Assembly: GCA_032718475.1 (NCBI GenBank)
Contig: JAUCBJ010002419.1
Span: forward strand, 1 to 34,714
DNA from: Nemertoderma westbladi
Taxonomy: Eukaryota > Animalia > Xenacoelomorpha
DNA: 34,714 nt
Reading direction: 5' to 3'
Both the position numbers and the translations under genes were made by a program. A model generated the notes under the pieces. The model was not told where the DNA came from. It saw nothing but the letters and a program-made list of their open reading frames with translations, and did no database searches. Shown here piece after piece: positions 1 through 10,274 of this stretch (positions are counted from its first letter, which is position 1; each line of letters opens with the position of its first letter).

Positions 1-669
1 TCTAGAAGACATTCTAATTTGGCGGGTTAAACTGCCAAAGGTCTGAAAGCGCGAACAGTATTCTTGTTAGAGAGACAGCGTGATATAATAATAAAACTTT
101 CTAACGCTTTTAAAGAGATACTGTAAGCGATTTGTAGCGTGATTATAATGAGGTATGGCAGAGGAAATTGTACATAATGATCACTTACTTGATAATAATT
201 AATAACAAATTAATTAAGGATAATCATAAATTCAGAAATAAAAAATAGCTGCATTGTACAGTTATTTTATAGAATTGGTATACCTTTACTACTACACATA
301 CCAGTACTTTACATACTGTATTACATATACTGTACACATTATCAATATAAATTTAACAGTATAACATAAAAGTCTTACTGTTTGAGATATTGTTACAGTC
401 ATTATTAATTATTTTTCCATAAAAACTAAAATAGAAGCCTTTAGCAGCAGCGCATAACGAAAGTGTTGCGGTGGTAAGATGTAAACTAAGGTGTAAAGTC
501 TTACCGCATGTAGTAATACGCCAAAGAAACACCGGTGTATCGCTGGCGTATGATGTGTATTGCGAATCGAAGGCGCTTGCGAATTTTTCACTGTGAGATA
601 CAGTTAATAATTTGTTTATTTCTGACAGTTAGGTTAAAAGTATTTCGGATACTTTTAGTATTTTTCTTT

Positions 670-1494
670 TTAACCTCCCCAGCATCGTCCATGCTCTCCA
701 ACGTGGCCCCCCCACGCAACGACCTGGCTATCGATTAGCCTTTTTAGTGTTTGGTGTTTGGGTTGGTTTTTGGTTGGCGTTTGGGCGGGAGAATATCCCG
801 ATCCTCTCGGTATAAATGGGGAGGAGGTACCCAAATAGGATGGGGATGCCGGTGGTGGTGGGGTTGCAGGTGGCGGTGGGGTTGCCATTATCTCCTCTTC
901 GTAGGGGAGAGGGACCCCCGATACCACCGTGGTGGTAGCTATTACATCCTATATTAAAACATAAATTTTTTGAAATAATATTAATAACAATCAGCGGAGT
1001 GTTTAAAAGGGATCAGACTTCTCGGGATAAACAGGTTTTAGGGATCGGGAATAATAATATATATTGTTCAATGCGCGATTCACAATATAACAGAACATAA
1101 TTAAATACATAAATAAGGCCGATTGAGTATATATCCTAAATATGAATTAGATCGACAGAAAATTAACTTCTCCATCAGTTATTAAAATTGTGGAGAAATA
1201 ACGGTTCCCAGACTGTCAATGAACATTCGTTGTCCCCATCTCGTAAGGTGTATACCCTGATGGGGACTTCTTTCACCACATTATCTCTGGCGACCACAGC
1301 CACGTCGTCTTCTACGCGGTCCACGTAGGCAACTATGGGGCCTATAATATAAATAAACAGACAATGAAATAGGTTATCAAAATATATGTAAATATAAGAA
1401 ACCTCATTAAAAACAGGGCTCTATCCTGAATCCGTACCAGTGATAATCTCCTCTCCCCTGTCAACATTTTTTATCAGAACGCTATAGTGACCAA
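670..1494 (-). pseudogene. Spliced gene encoding an RPA/SSB-like OB-fold followed by a Pro-rich tail (probable Helitron accessory gene), one frameshift
   Basis: Exons 1494-1438 (AG acceptor 1496-1495, GT donor 1437), 1341-~1168 (tatag acceptor) and 948-670 (tatag acceptor). The first two join in phase 1 to give GHYSVLIKNVDRGEEIITGPIVAYVDRVEDDVAVVARDNVVKEVPIRVYTLRDGDNECSLTVWEP, matching the RPA OB pattern K-E-V-x-x-R-x-x-T-L-x-D...I-x-L-T-L-W. As read, there is an in-frame stop at 1177-1175; a 1-nt shift restores a phase-0 donor at 1167 that matches the phase-0 acceptor at 949. Confidence 0.6.
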
Positions 1495-1984
1495 CTTGGA
1501 AAACAAAAATTTCAATTTATTGCTAATACCGCTTCGCGCAGCACGTCACAAACTCAAGAGTTCTTATATTTTTTGTAAAAAATCTAATTTTAAAATGAGC
1601 GACATTTACTCAATTTTCATTAAATATAACTGAAATTCGATATACAGACAGTCCAGCATAGGTACTTAATGATGTTAAAAAAATTTGTCATGAGAGATAG
1701 TTTTTCCCTTCGTGCAGCACGTGAGAAAAAATATTGTCCCAATGTATATTTTTCATGAAGTACTCACTTCTCCTGCAGTCCTGACTGCCTGAGGTGGACT
1801 ACACACAACACATAGGCCTAAATCATATGTCCAGTACATTGTGCAATGGATATGGAGGGTATGTCTACTGTAATTACTGCTGTAGCTGTACAGCATTCCG
1901 TACCGGTACCGGCGCCGGTACTGCTGTATGCCTACTGTGTAGCCTACCATTTAAATACGGTACTGGTAGGCCTACCGGCTGACC

Positions 1985-2385
1985 GGTTGTTTTGGTTAAG
2001 AAAATCCCGCGTAGTTCAGTAGTTAGAAAATCTGTAACCTGCTCCTTTGCCTGATTTGGTAAAGTGACCGTTTATTGTTTTGGTTAGAAAAGGCAAAAGG
2101 CCCGCCTCTGTAACCTGCTCCTTTCCTTCATTTTGTAAAGTGACTGTTTATTGTTTTGGTTAGAAAAGGCCCGCCTCTGTAAACGGCTCCTTTCCTTCAT
2201 TTTGTAAAGTGACTGTTTATTGTTTTGGTTAGAAATCCCACCTCTGTAACCTGCCCCTTTCCCTCAATTAATTAAGTGATCGTTTATCAGTTTATTGTTT
2301 TGGTTAGGAAATTCCGCCTCTGTAACCTGCTCCTTTCTCTCAATTGGTAATGTTATCTTTTATTGTTTTGGTTAGAAAATCGCTG
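1985..2385. repeat. ~69-bp tandem minisatellite, about 6 units
   Basis: Unit ttattgttttggttagaaaaggcccgcctctgtaacctgctcctttccttcattttgtaaagtgactgt recurs at about 2072, 2148, 2217, 2292 and 2360; one inverted copy at 5606-5669. Confidence 0.9.
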
Positions 2386-3162
2386 TTTACCTTATTTCAT
2401 ATTTCTCCTGTATAAAGTACTGTAATACCGGTACCTATTACCATGATCAGCCAAAACAGTTATGTTTTGGTTTTGTCATTAATGTACAATAACTTTCGGG
2501 TACGTTTTGGGTAAATCTTTCAGACATTCGCGTAGCTACGGCAGTTTGACGCATTGCATCTTATATCACCAGTTTCAGAGTTTGAACATTAAATTCTGTA
2601 CCTGTTTGTGATGCGCATGCCTTCGCTAGGTCCGACACATCACTACACTTGTGCTAACCTTAAGTAAGTGTATGTGCTAATGTGCTATACATAATTTAAA
2701 AAAAAAAGCGAATACTACGTTATTATACTGTAGTTATTAGAATCAACATTTGAAACTGAACGCCCGTTTACTGATAACCCAATTAAACGCCCGTTGGACT
2801 ATATATTGCACTGAATTTACTGATGAAAGCCTACTCTATGTGCCTCAACATAAGTCAGTATAAGTATAGGCTATGTCTATTACAATTATTTATTACCTAG
2901 GCCTACTGTATGCTGGTATGGTTCAATCTGGTGGATATTATTATATTTAACGACCAAAGTAAAGGCTACATCTGCTGTGTTAAACAATAATATATTAACA
3001 TACCTGACAAGAAACTTCCAATAGCTGCATTTACTAATGGTCCCACACTCATATCGGGAAGTTCTTCCCCCATGTCTTCGACCAAAACAAATAAATATAA
3101 AATAAATGGATATTGCAGATAAACTCGATAACACAAAATAAAATAACAACTATGCTGCTAAG

Positions 3163-3590
3163 CCTGAAACCTGAAAAGTTCCCTGCGTATTTCGCAGGCA
3201 ACCTAAAAAGTTGCCTGTATATTTCGCAGGCAACCTAAGTAGTTGCCTGCATATCTTAGAAGTTGCCTGCGTATTTCGCAGGCAACCTAAGTAGTTGCCT
3301 GCATATCTTAGAAGTTGCCTGCGTATTTCGCAGGCAACCTGAAAAGTTCCCTGCGTATTTCGCAGGCAACCTGAAAAGTTCCCTGCGTATTTCGCAGGCA
3401 ACCTAAGTAGTTGCCTGCATATCTTAGAAGTTGCCTGCGTATTTCGCAGGCAACCTGAAAAGTTCCCTGCATATTTCGCAGGCAACCTAAGTAGTTGCCT
3501 GCATATCTTAGAAGTTGCCTGCGTATTTCGCAGGCAACCTGAAAAGTTCCCTGCGTATTTCGCAGGCAACCTAAAAAGTTGCCTGCATAT
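3163..3590. repeat. Palindromic minisatellite (32-bp hairpin units interleaved with 20-bp half units)
   Basis: Repeated gtt(g/c)cctgcg-tattt-cgcaggcaac hairpin with ctgaaaa/ctaagta linkers and gttgcctgcatatcttagaa half units. Confidence 0.95.
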
Positions 3591-3791
3591 TTTTTCAAAA
3601 TAATTAATAAACAAAATTTAACAATATATTATAAATCATATTTTTGTGGCAACAATTACGAAATAGCTAGTAATTAAAACAAAAATTAAACCTGAAAAAT
3701 TACTCTGAAAATTTAGTCACACTCCTCTTATTCAAAATTCTAGAATCAGTATGGTATGGTATCAATAATGCAATTTATATATTACCCCCCC

Positions 3792-3867
3792 TGGATATTA
3801 TTAATAATAGACCGCGACAACCCGGGGGGGGGGGGGGGGTGTCGCGGTCTATTATTAATAATATCCA
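3792..3867. repeat. Perfect 28-bp inverted repeat with a poly-G loop
   Basis: tggatattattaataatagaccgcgaca (3792-3819) and tgtcgcggtctattattaataatatcca (3840-3867). Confidence 0.95.
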
Positions 3868-3900
3868 CGATGTTATACGATATTATTAATATCCACGTGC

Positions 3901-4245
3901 AGTAAAATAAAGTTAGAAATTATTGTTTCAATTATCACAGGTAGCCACGCCGGAGATGAGGTCCTCATCCCTCGAATAGAATTAACCACCACCGAGGAAG
4001 ACAACCCAATCAGGTGGCGGCGGTGCCAATTTCCCGTCCGTGTCGCTTTTCCCATGACAATAAACAAGGGTCAAGGCCAAACGCTAACTGTAGTTGGCGT
4101 TTGGTTGAAACAGCCTTGTTTCACCCACGGCCAACTCTATGTGGCGTCATCGAGAGTTGGAAACCCCCAAAACCTTGTTTATGCCATAAAGAAATCAGAC
4201 TGCGGACTAACTAGGAACGTAGTCTACCATGAAGCTTTGTTATAG
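3901..4245 (+). pseudogene. Helitron RepHel PIF1-type (SF1B) helicase C-terminal fragment
   Basis: IITGSHAGDEVLIPRIEL...QFPVRVAFPMTINKGQGQTL..VGVWLKQPCFTHGQLYVASSRV...TRNVVYHEAL*, the canonical Helitron helicase motifs V/VI and C-terminal TxNVVYxE. Confidence 0.95.
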
Positions 4246-5033
4246 TAACTTTTGTAACTTTGGTAACACTTTGGTAACTTTTGCTGAAAATCCTGCATAT
4301 TATTTTTTTTATCAAAGTGCGAATTATAATATTATATTTTTGCCATCAATGAATTACATACTTACATACATACAGTATCAGTGAATCTGCCCCGGTCGAT
4401 AATGTTATATTTATTTTGTTACTGCATTAAGACACACTGATTTAAATAATGTTCATTCTCTTAAAACCGCAACCCACTAATATAATGAAATTTTGTAGAA
4501 TAATAATACTCAACATTTTTTTCTAATTTAATTTTTTCTTGTTTATTCTTTATTAATTATATTCTTGTTAGAGATATATTCTTGTTAAATCTCGCTACTC
4601 CCTGTTATTATGAATAATATTAAACATATTTTTTATTAATTGTTATGCTGTTATGTTATAAAATTTCTGTGATTTATTTGATTAAAGGAAATTGATAGAA
4701 AAAATAACCGAAGAAAACCTGGAGGTATCTCCCAAAAGGGAACCCCCCCCCCCCCCCCACACAAGTGCCCTGGTAGAGTCTGGGTCATGCCATCGATAAA
4801 TTTGGGGGGGGGGGGGGGGTGGTTCTGAGCACATCATGTTGTAGACATATCACATTTCTCTTGTAAACTGCGCATTATTTGAATTGCCTCTTTTTTCCAT
4901 AAATAATATTAATATCACACTAAAAACTATTTACATACTTGTGTGTATAAAGTAAATTTAATTAAATGAAAACGTATTTAATGTGGTGCACGAAGGCCCT
5001 CACTATCGACCTCAACTACTGATGAAACAGTTT

Positions 5034-5519
5034 TCACCCCAACCACCGGTCCAACTTCTTGTACTGCGACCACCACCGGACCATGAGCACCGGATTAAAT
5101 TCCGTTGCCTTCCAAAGGGTGTACTGTTTCCAGTGATCTTGGTTTACGTGTAAAAGTTGCTGGCATCATTGTATTTTTCATTATAGTTGATATAAATGTG
5201 CAGTCAATAAGTTTAAATTGTATGAGTGCTGTTAGCAGTCGCACTTCTTCTCCTGCGCCTGCATTGTTGGGCGATGTCACTGATGGCGCCGGCGGGGGGG
5301 GGGGGGAGGGGGGGGGAGGGGGGGGGGGTGTTTGTGACGGTGGCGCCGGCACCATCGGTAGGAGTGGCGGGCACAGAATTGTTTCCTGCGTGGTGATATG
5401 GTTGGAATCGCCCTCGGCCTCGGCCTCGACGGCCCCACCGACGCCCACGACCTTGTCGTGAATCAGTACTAAAAATATTAATCCTTGGATTGTGGCCGTT
5501 AATATTTATTCGGTCCATG
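5034..5519 (-). pseudogene. Frameshifted small gene: RG-rich N-terminus, poly-Pro linker, Trp-rich C-terminus; function unknown
   Basis: MDRININGHNPRINIFSTDSRQGRGRRWGRRGRGRGRFQPY...; the frame changes in the G/C homopolymer near 5295-5330 and again near 5165 (QQLLHVNQDHWKQYTLWKATEFNPVLMVRWWSQYKKLDRWLG*); TATA-like TATTTAAA upstream. Confidence 0.4.
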
Positions 5520-5543
5520 TTTATGGTGTAGGTATGCTTAATC

Positions 5544-5753
5544 ATCAATTTGGTGCACACCACTTGTGTTTTTTTTTTAAATAGCGCATTTAGAGGAGAA
5601 GAAGTAGCAGGTTACAGAGGCAGGCTTTTCTAAACAAAACAATAAACGATCACTTTTCCATTTGAGGGAATCCATATCGTCAGACAGTCAGTAATCACTC
5701 TATGCTCTATAACCAAAAAAATCGGGCAGTCAAGTGGTGTGCACCAAATTGAT
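5544..5753. promoter_or_regulatory. Candidate divergent promoter bounded by a perfect 23-bp inverted repeat
   Basis: atcaatttggtgcacaccacttg (5544-5566) and caagtggtgtgcaccaaattgat (5731-5753); each outward-reading copy is preceded by a TATA-like/A-tract sequence. Confidence 0.4.
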
Positions 5754-5921
5754 TTGACCCGGGTATTAGATTAGTATTAGGATTACAGTATTAGCAATTA
5801 CAGAATTAATTATACTATTAAGCACAACAAATCACACCAAGCAGCCAAATCACAAACCAAATCACACACCTAATCACAAACCAAATCATAAAACAACCCC
5901 AAACAAAACCAATTAATTGTC

Positions 5922-5947
5922 TGGGTGTGAAAACCCAACGATTCTAA
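5922..5947 (+). other. Helitron 3' terminus (subterminal hairpin + CTRR)
   Basis: TGGGT-GTGAAA-ACCCA hairpin, then acgatt-CTAA followed by T, downstream of and on the same strand as the helicase remnant. Confidence 0.55.
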
Positions 5948-7614
5948 TATCATGTACATGGTTAACAGTACAAATAGGTCGAACCGGTAGAGGTATAATA
6001 TAAACTGATTGAATTATAAACTGAGTTGATTTAATATGATACAGCGTACCGTTTATATAGAAAATTGTAAACAATATTGATGGTGGAGACAGTTGTTAAT
6101 TCAGTGTGGGTGGTTACGGGGTACATGTGATAATTAGTACCGTAATTGATATTGGTTTGTAAATGTGCTGCAATGCAGTTGTTTCTTGAAGGCTGTTATT
6201 AGAACTACCTTCCAATCTAATAATACCAAATATGGTAATAATTCCCTGGGGAGCATCCCCAAGCCTTCTCATTGGTCGTTACATTGAGTTATTCTAACTG
6301 TAGGGTACAGTGATATTCCTCTGGCAGTTCTGTTGGCGGGTTGTGATTGGCTTGCTGAATGAAATTGGATCTAGCTTCATTCAGTTCATGAGCTATATAA
6401 TTAAATATTCAGTTGCCATACTTCATTCATTATTGAATTTTGTTATCTCGCAAATATTTGGCAAATTATAGATAATTATTTGCGTATTTTTTCTCCGTAT
6501 TAACAATAAAACTTCAAAGGTAAGTTTAATGTTAGCCAAGGTGGTTTGCACTTGCAGATTCAGATAAACCTGCTTGGCTGCAGGACTGTTCTGATACTGC
6601 AGTACTTGGTACATTACTGCATTACAGCCTTATGTTTTTGAATGAATAGGTCAATGTTTGTGTCCCTGTCAGTAGAACTGAGGTAGAACTGGTAGGCTAC
6701 TACAGTAGCAAGCATAAGGTAATTACTGATTTACCGGAAACAACAGTAAGCAAAAACATACCGATGTACATACATACTGATATAGGCCATACTTACTATA
6801 TTCTAGTTTTCCCCTGTTGAAAAGTTTTATGTTCTGTGCCAAACGCTGTGTTATTTTAAGTGCATAAAATCGCGGACCGGGTAGATGCAAAGCTTGTGCT
6901 GAGCGGACCTTTTGGCACTGTGTCCGGCGTAGCACATTTCTGCACCAGCTCCTGCCGCAAGTTGAAATGCTCCGCCAAACAAAAGACGTACAGGCAGACC
7001 GGTAGGCCTTAAACTTTTCAATAGGCAGGTAGGGGTATAGTTTCTGACTGAGTTTCGACTGTGTCTTTCCTAATATTACTGTTCATAATAAAGAGGTTTC
7101 TACCATCATACCTGCTTCCAGCATGACTACCTCAACTGCGCTCAAGGAGTACAATCTCTTTCTATTTTTGCCTCATCTTCACATCTCAACTCTTCTCAAC
7201 GAACTCACTCTAATCAAAATCATCTCTACAGTAAATTGTTCTAACTCAAGCTCTAATCTGCAAACAGCAAACATTAACTATTAGGTCTAAAACAAGTTTC
7301 CATCACCTCAGCTGTTTCATCTCTCCACCTACTGACATTTGACTATGTCTACATAGACCATATCTTTAACTCGGTCCTCCAAATTTTATCTTTCTTGTTT
7401 TAATTTTCAACTCATTCCTTCAAAGTTACTCCTTCTTGTGCATATACGCATATACTGCATATACGTTTCTCCGAATTTACAAATTGCACCTCACAAAAAT
7501 CGTACCTACCTTGTTTGTCCCGTTGATGGTTGTTCGTTCAAAGAACCCACACAATACTTATTAAGCCACCTCAAGCACTACACCCTGATGCCAGGTGAGA
7601 GCAAGTGTTAAGCT

Positions 7615-8955
7615 ACTAAGTACACTAAGTTTTCACAGGAAGAAGTAGGTAGGTTGTACCAAAAGGCCAGACTTGATAAATTTCCCCAAGAATACTATTA
7701 ATAAAAAATTCCCCAAGAATACTAATAATACTGATGTGGAAGAAGTAGAAAACCTCAGGGTAATATTTCTATTTCCCTTGGAAATATAGTGGAGGTGGTA
7801 GGAGAAATACTTGCGGGTGGTGGGATCAGTGTTGTAAAGCTCTGTAGCTTTTTAAAAAGATATAAGGTTGATATTATTGATACGACGGACATAGATAACT
7901 CTGCAGGTTCTACATTAAAGCATGAAACATCAGCCTGCACCTCCACTGATCCTCCATCTGTGGTAAATGTGCATTCACCACTGAATGGTCCTGATGTAAC
8001 ACCCTCTTGTTCCTATGCCCCTCCAAGTTCACCAAATAAACTATTAATAAAAATAAATCATAAAAGAAAGTGTCATATATTTGACTCGGATTCTGATACT
8101 AGCTTTAGTGAAAGTCCTCAAAACTCACCAAAAAAAATTAAGAACAGAAAATCAAGAACATCTATCAGAACCATCTATATCATAGGGGGAAGGGTCAATA
8201 AAATCTAAAATTCAAAATGCTGGACTATATAAACGTTTCAACCTGGACAAAGCACCATCTGTTAATAGGTTTTACCTTTCAGAATGTAATAGGATGGAAG
8301 GGAAATCTGGGGGGGGGGGACAAAGTTATCCAAAAGCACAGGCCTATGACGTACTTAAAATCGCAAGCTATATAAATGTCCGAACCGGAAAAAAAACATG
8401 AGGAATACATACTATGTAGATGAGTATTTATACAAGCTTAAGGAATTAGGAATGACTGCAGAGAGTATTAATTGTCCATTAAAAAACTTAAAGAAGTACA
8501 TGAAGTTCAGAATAAACGAGTAAGGCCACTTTAGAATAAAACCTGACTCATTGTGGGACCAATTTAAAGATTGTTTAGATGCTCACCAAGCCTTCCAAAA
8601 GTCGAGTATTTCTAACCTCATACGTAAGAGAATTATACAACGTAGGATAGAGGACTATGAAAAGTTTGTAGATAGAGATCCACGAGAAACTATACGTATT
8701 ATAACAGATAGTAATGTTAAGGAGCAAGACATGAACAACCTTATTTTACAACTGAGAGTCTTGAATGGAGAAGAATTCCCTGAAGAAGATGAGGAGATCG
8801 ATGAAAGCATGAGTGACAGCAATGATGAAAACCAACATGAGGATGATGTAGACACTAGTGATTGGATTGGCGAGACATCAACAACTTCCACCTATGAACA
8901 GAGGTACTGGGCCTGGAGCCAGGGCCAAAATGAAGAAGTGAAAACAACAGACTAG
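7615..8955 (+). pseudogene. Decayed ORF with a segment resembling a tyrosine-recombinase core-binding domain (Crypton-like or viral), acidic tail
   Basis: Across frameshifts and stops: NAGLYKRFNLD...KAQAYDVLKIASYIN...VDEYLYKLKELGMTAESINCPLKNLKKYMKF...QAFQKSSISNLIRKRIIQRR. The YLxxLxxxGxTxxSIxxxLxxLxxY pattern is typical of YR core-binding helices. No catalytic domain is present. Confidence 0.4.
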
Positions 8956-9054
8956 CCATCTGCTCATTGCTTTTCCTCATTATATCTTCTTTTATCCCTA
9001 GTTTGTATACACATTTAATCACATTTAATCTATATATGTTTTATATTGTTTTAA

Positions 9055-9945
9055 TGACCGGAGAGCGAGGACGGATAGCGAGCCGTCACCCCGGAGAGAC
9101 GCACCACACGCCAGGAGAAGGGTACAGAATGTACCGGTACGAGGACAGGAGAGGGGATCGAAGGGAAACTTCCCGACGGGATATAGCTGCCGATCGAGAG
9201 TACGGTAGTTGTAGGGTTCTTGGATTACTCGAGAAGATTGAAGTTCGGTCCGGAGGGACACATGCAGACAGCAGGACATACTGTAGGCCTTACTGCACAT
9301 ACTATAGGCCATGCTGGGAGAGATAGTGTAGGCGATAGGGTAGCGCGAATGAAGGGATTAGACCCGGAAGTTGCGGCGTATATACCGGTAGGTAGGCAGG
9401 AAGTGAATAGGCCTATATCGGAACCAGCAGAACAGTATGACTATAATATGCAGGGACATAACATATATCCAGGGGAGGGGGGGTAGTTATTGCAGATAGG
9501 GGTATGGGCCCCAATATATTAACATCAACCCCCGTACCAAATATAACACCGGTGGGGGGGGGGGGGGGGGGGGGGGGGCAGGGTGACATTCCCCCATTAC
9601 AATATCAACAATACACTCAACCAGGAATAAGAACATCGAACCCCCTGGACGAGAACAGGTCGTACGATAGGGAAATATGGAGGGGGCCGTTACCCCCAAT
9701 GGTATATCCGACGCAAAGAAAGTTAGCAGGCCCGACGGGCGGAGCACACCCAACAGGAGAATCTGTACAGCATCCCTCGAACCCATTGGAAGCACAGGCA
9801 ATGGGAATGACGACACTTATCGATGCACTCAAGACCAGAATCGAGTTGCCACCAGTCGAGCCATTTAAATTCGATGGAAGCACACCGGAAGAATACCTGC
9901 AATTCCGACGCATGTACAGCACGTACAGCATGTACAGCATGTACA
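9055..9945 (+). pseudogene. gag: BEL/Pao gag N-terminal and central part (frameshifted)
   Basis: Low-complexity Pro/Gly/Gln region leading to MTTLIDALKTRIELPPVEPFKFDGSTPEEYLQFRRM (start of the DUF1759-type capsid region); breaks off at a 9-bp x4 repeat (9910-9946). Confidence 0.8.
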
Positions 9946-10274
9946 GATAACCGCGGTTCGGGGCTGCGGACGGGGCCGCGGACAGGGCCGTCAAGGGGGA
10001 TGCGTCGAGAGAGCGCCATACAGCGCAGCACGGCGCGGGACAGACAAACAGCGCGGCACCTGGAAACGTCGCGGGAGCGCCGAACGGTGAGGAAGCGCCG
10101 AATGGCGAAGAAACGGGAGTGGCCGAAATCGCGGACACAGATGTGGCCGATAAGGATAAGATGGACTGAAGTCACAAATGCGGCCAATACTGTAGTACTG
10201 AAATCCTATAAAGTATTGAATTTTCGTTATCGGTATGAAATTGTCCCCAGTTTCTATGTAGCTTCTGGTTGAAT

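Larger units (their letters stand above)
670..5947 (+). mobile_element. Decayed, internally deleted Helitron (5' boundary uncertain)
   Basis: PIF1 helicase C-terminus at 3901-4245; downstream hairpin TGGGT-gtgaaa-ACCCA followed by CTAA|T at 5922-5948; internal minisatellites; a shared 69-bp unit links 1985-2385 with 5606-5669; RPA-like gene nearby. Confidence 0.5.

Noticed and set aside
3150-3614. Palindromic repeats as CRISPR, and the 154-aa/96-aa repetitive ORFs as genes
   Set aside because: No spacers; the ORFs are translations of a minisatellite.
2819-5040. CTGATGA at ~2820 and ~5019 as hammerhead ribozyme cores
   Set aside because: No stem II followed by GAAA and no stems I/III; the motif at 1-60 also lacks CUGANGA.
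7100-7540. Minus-strand purine-rich stretch as a LINE ORF1 coiled-coil relic
   Set aside because: Too many stops and no diagnostic motif to support a call.
8960-9055. 5' LTR/PBS of the BEL element
   Set aside because: No copy of 19498-20121 and no TGG-initiated PBS upstream of gag; the element is 5'-truncated.
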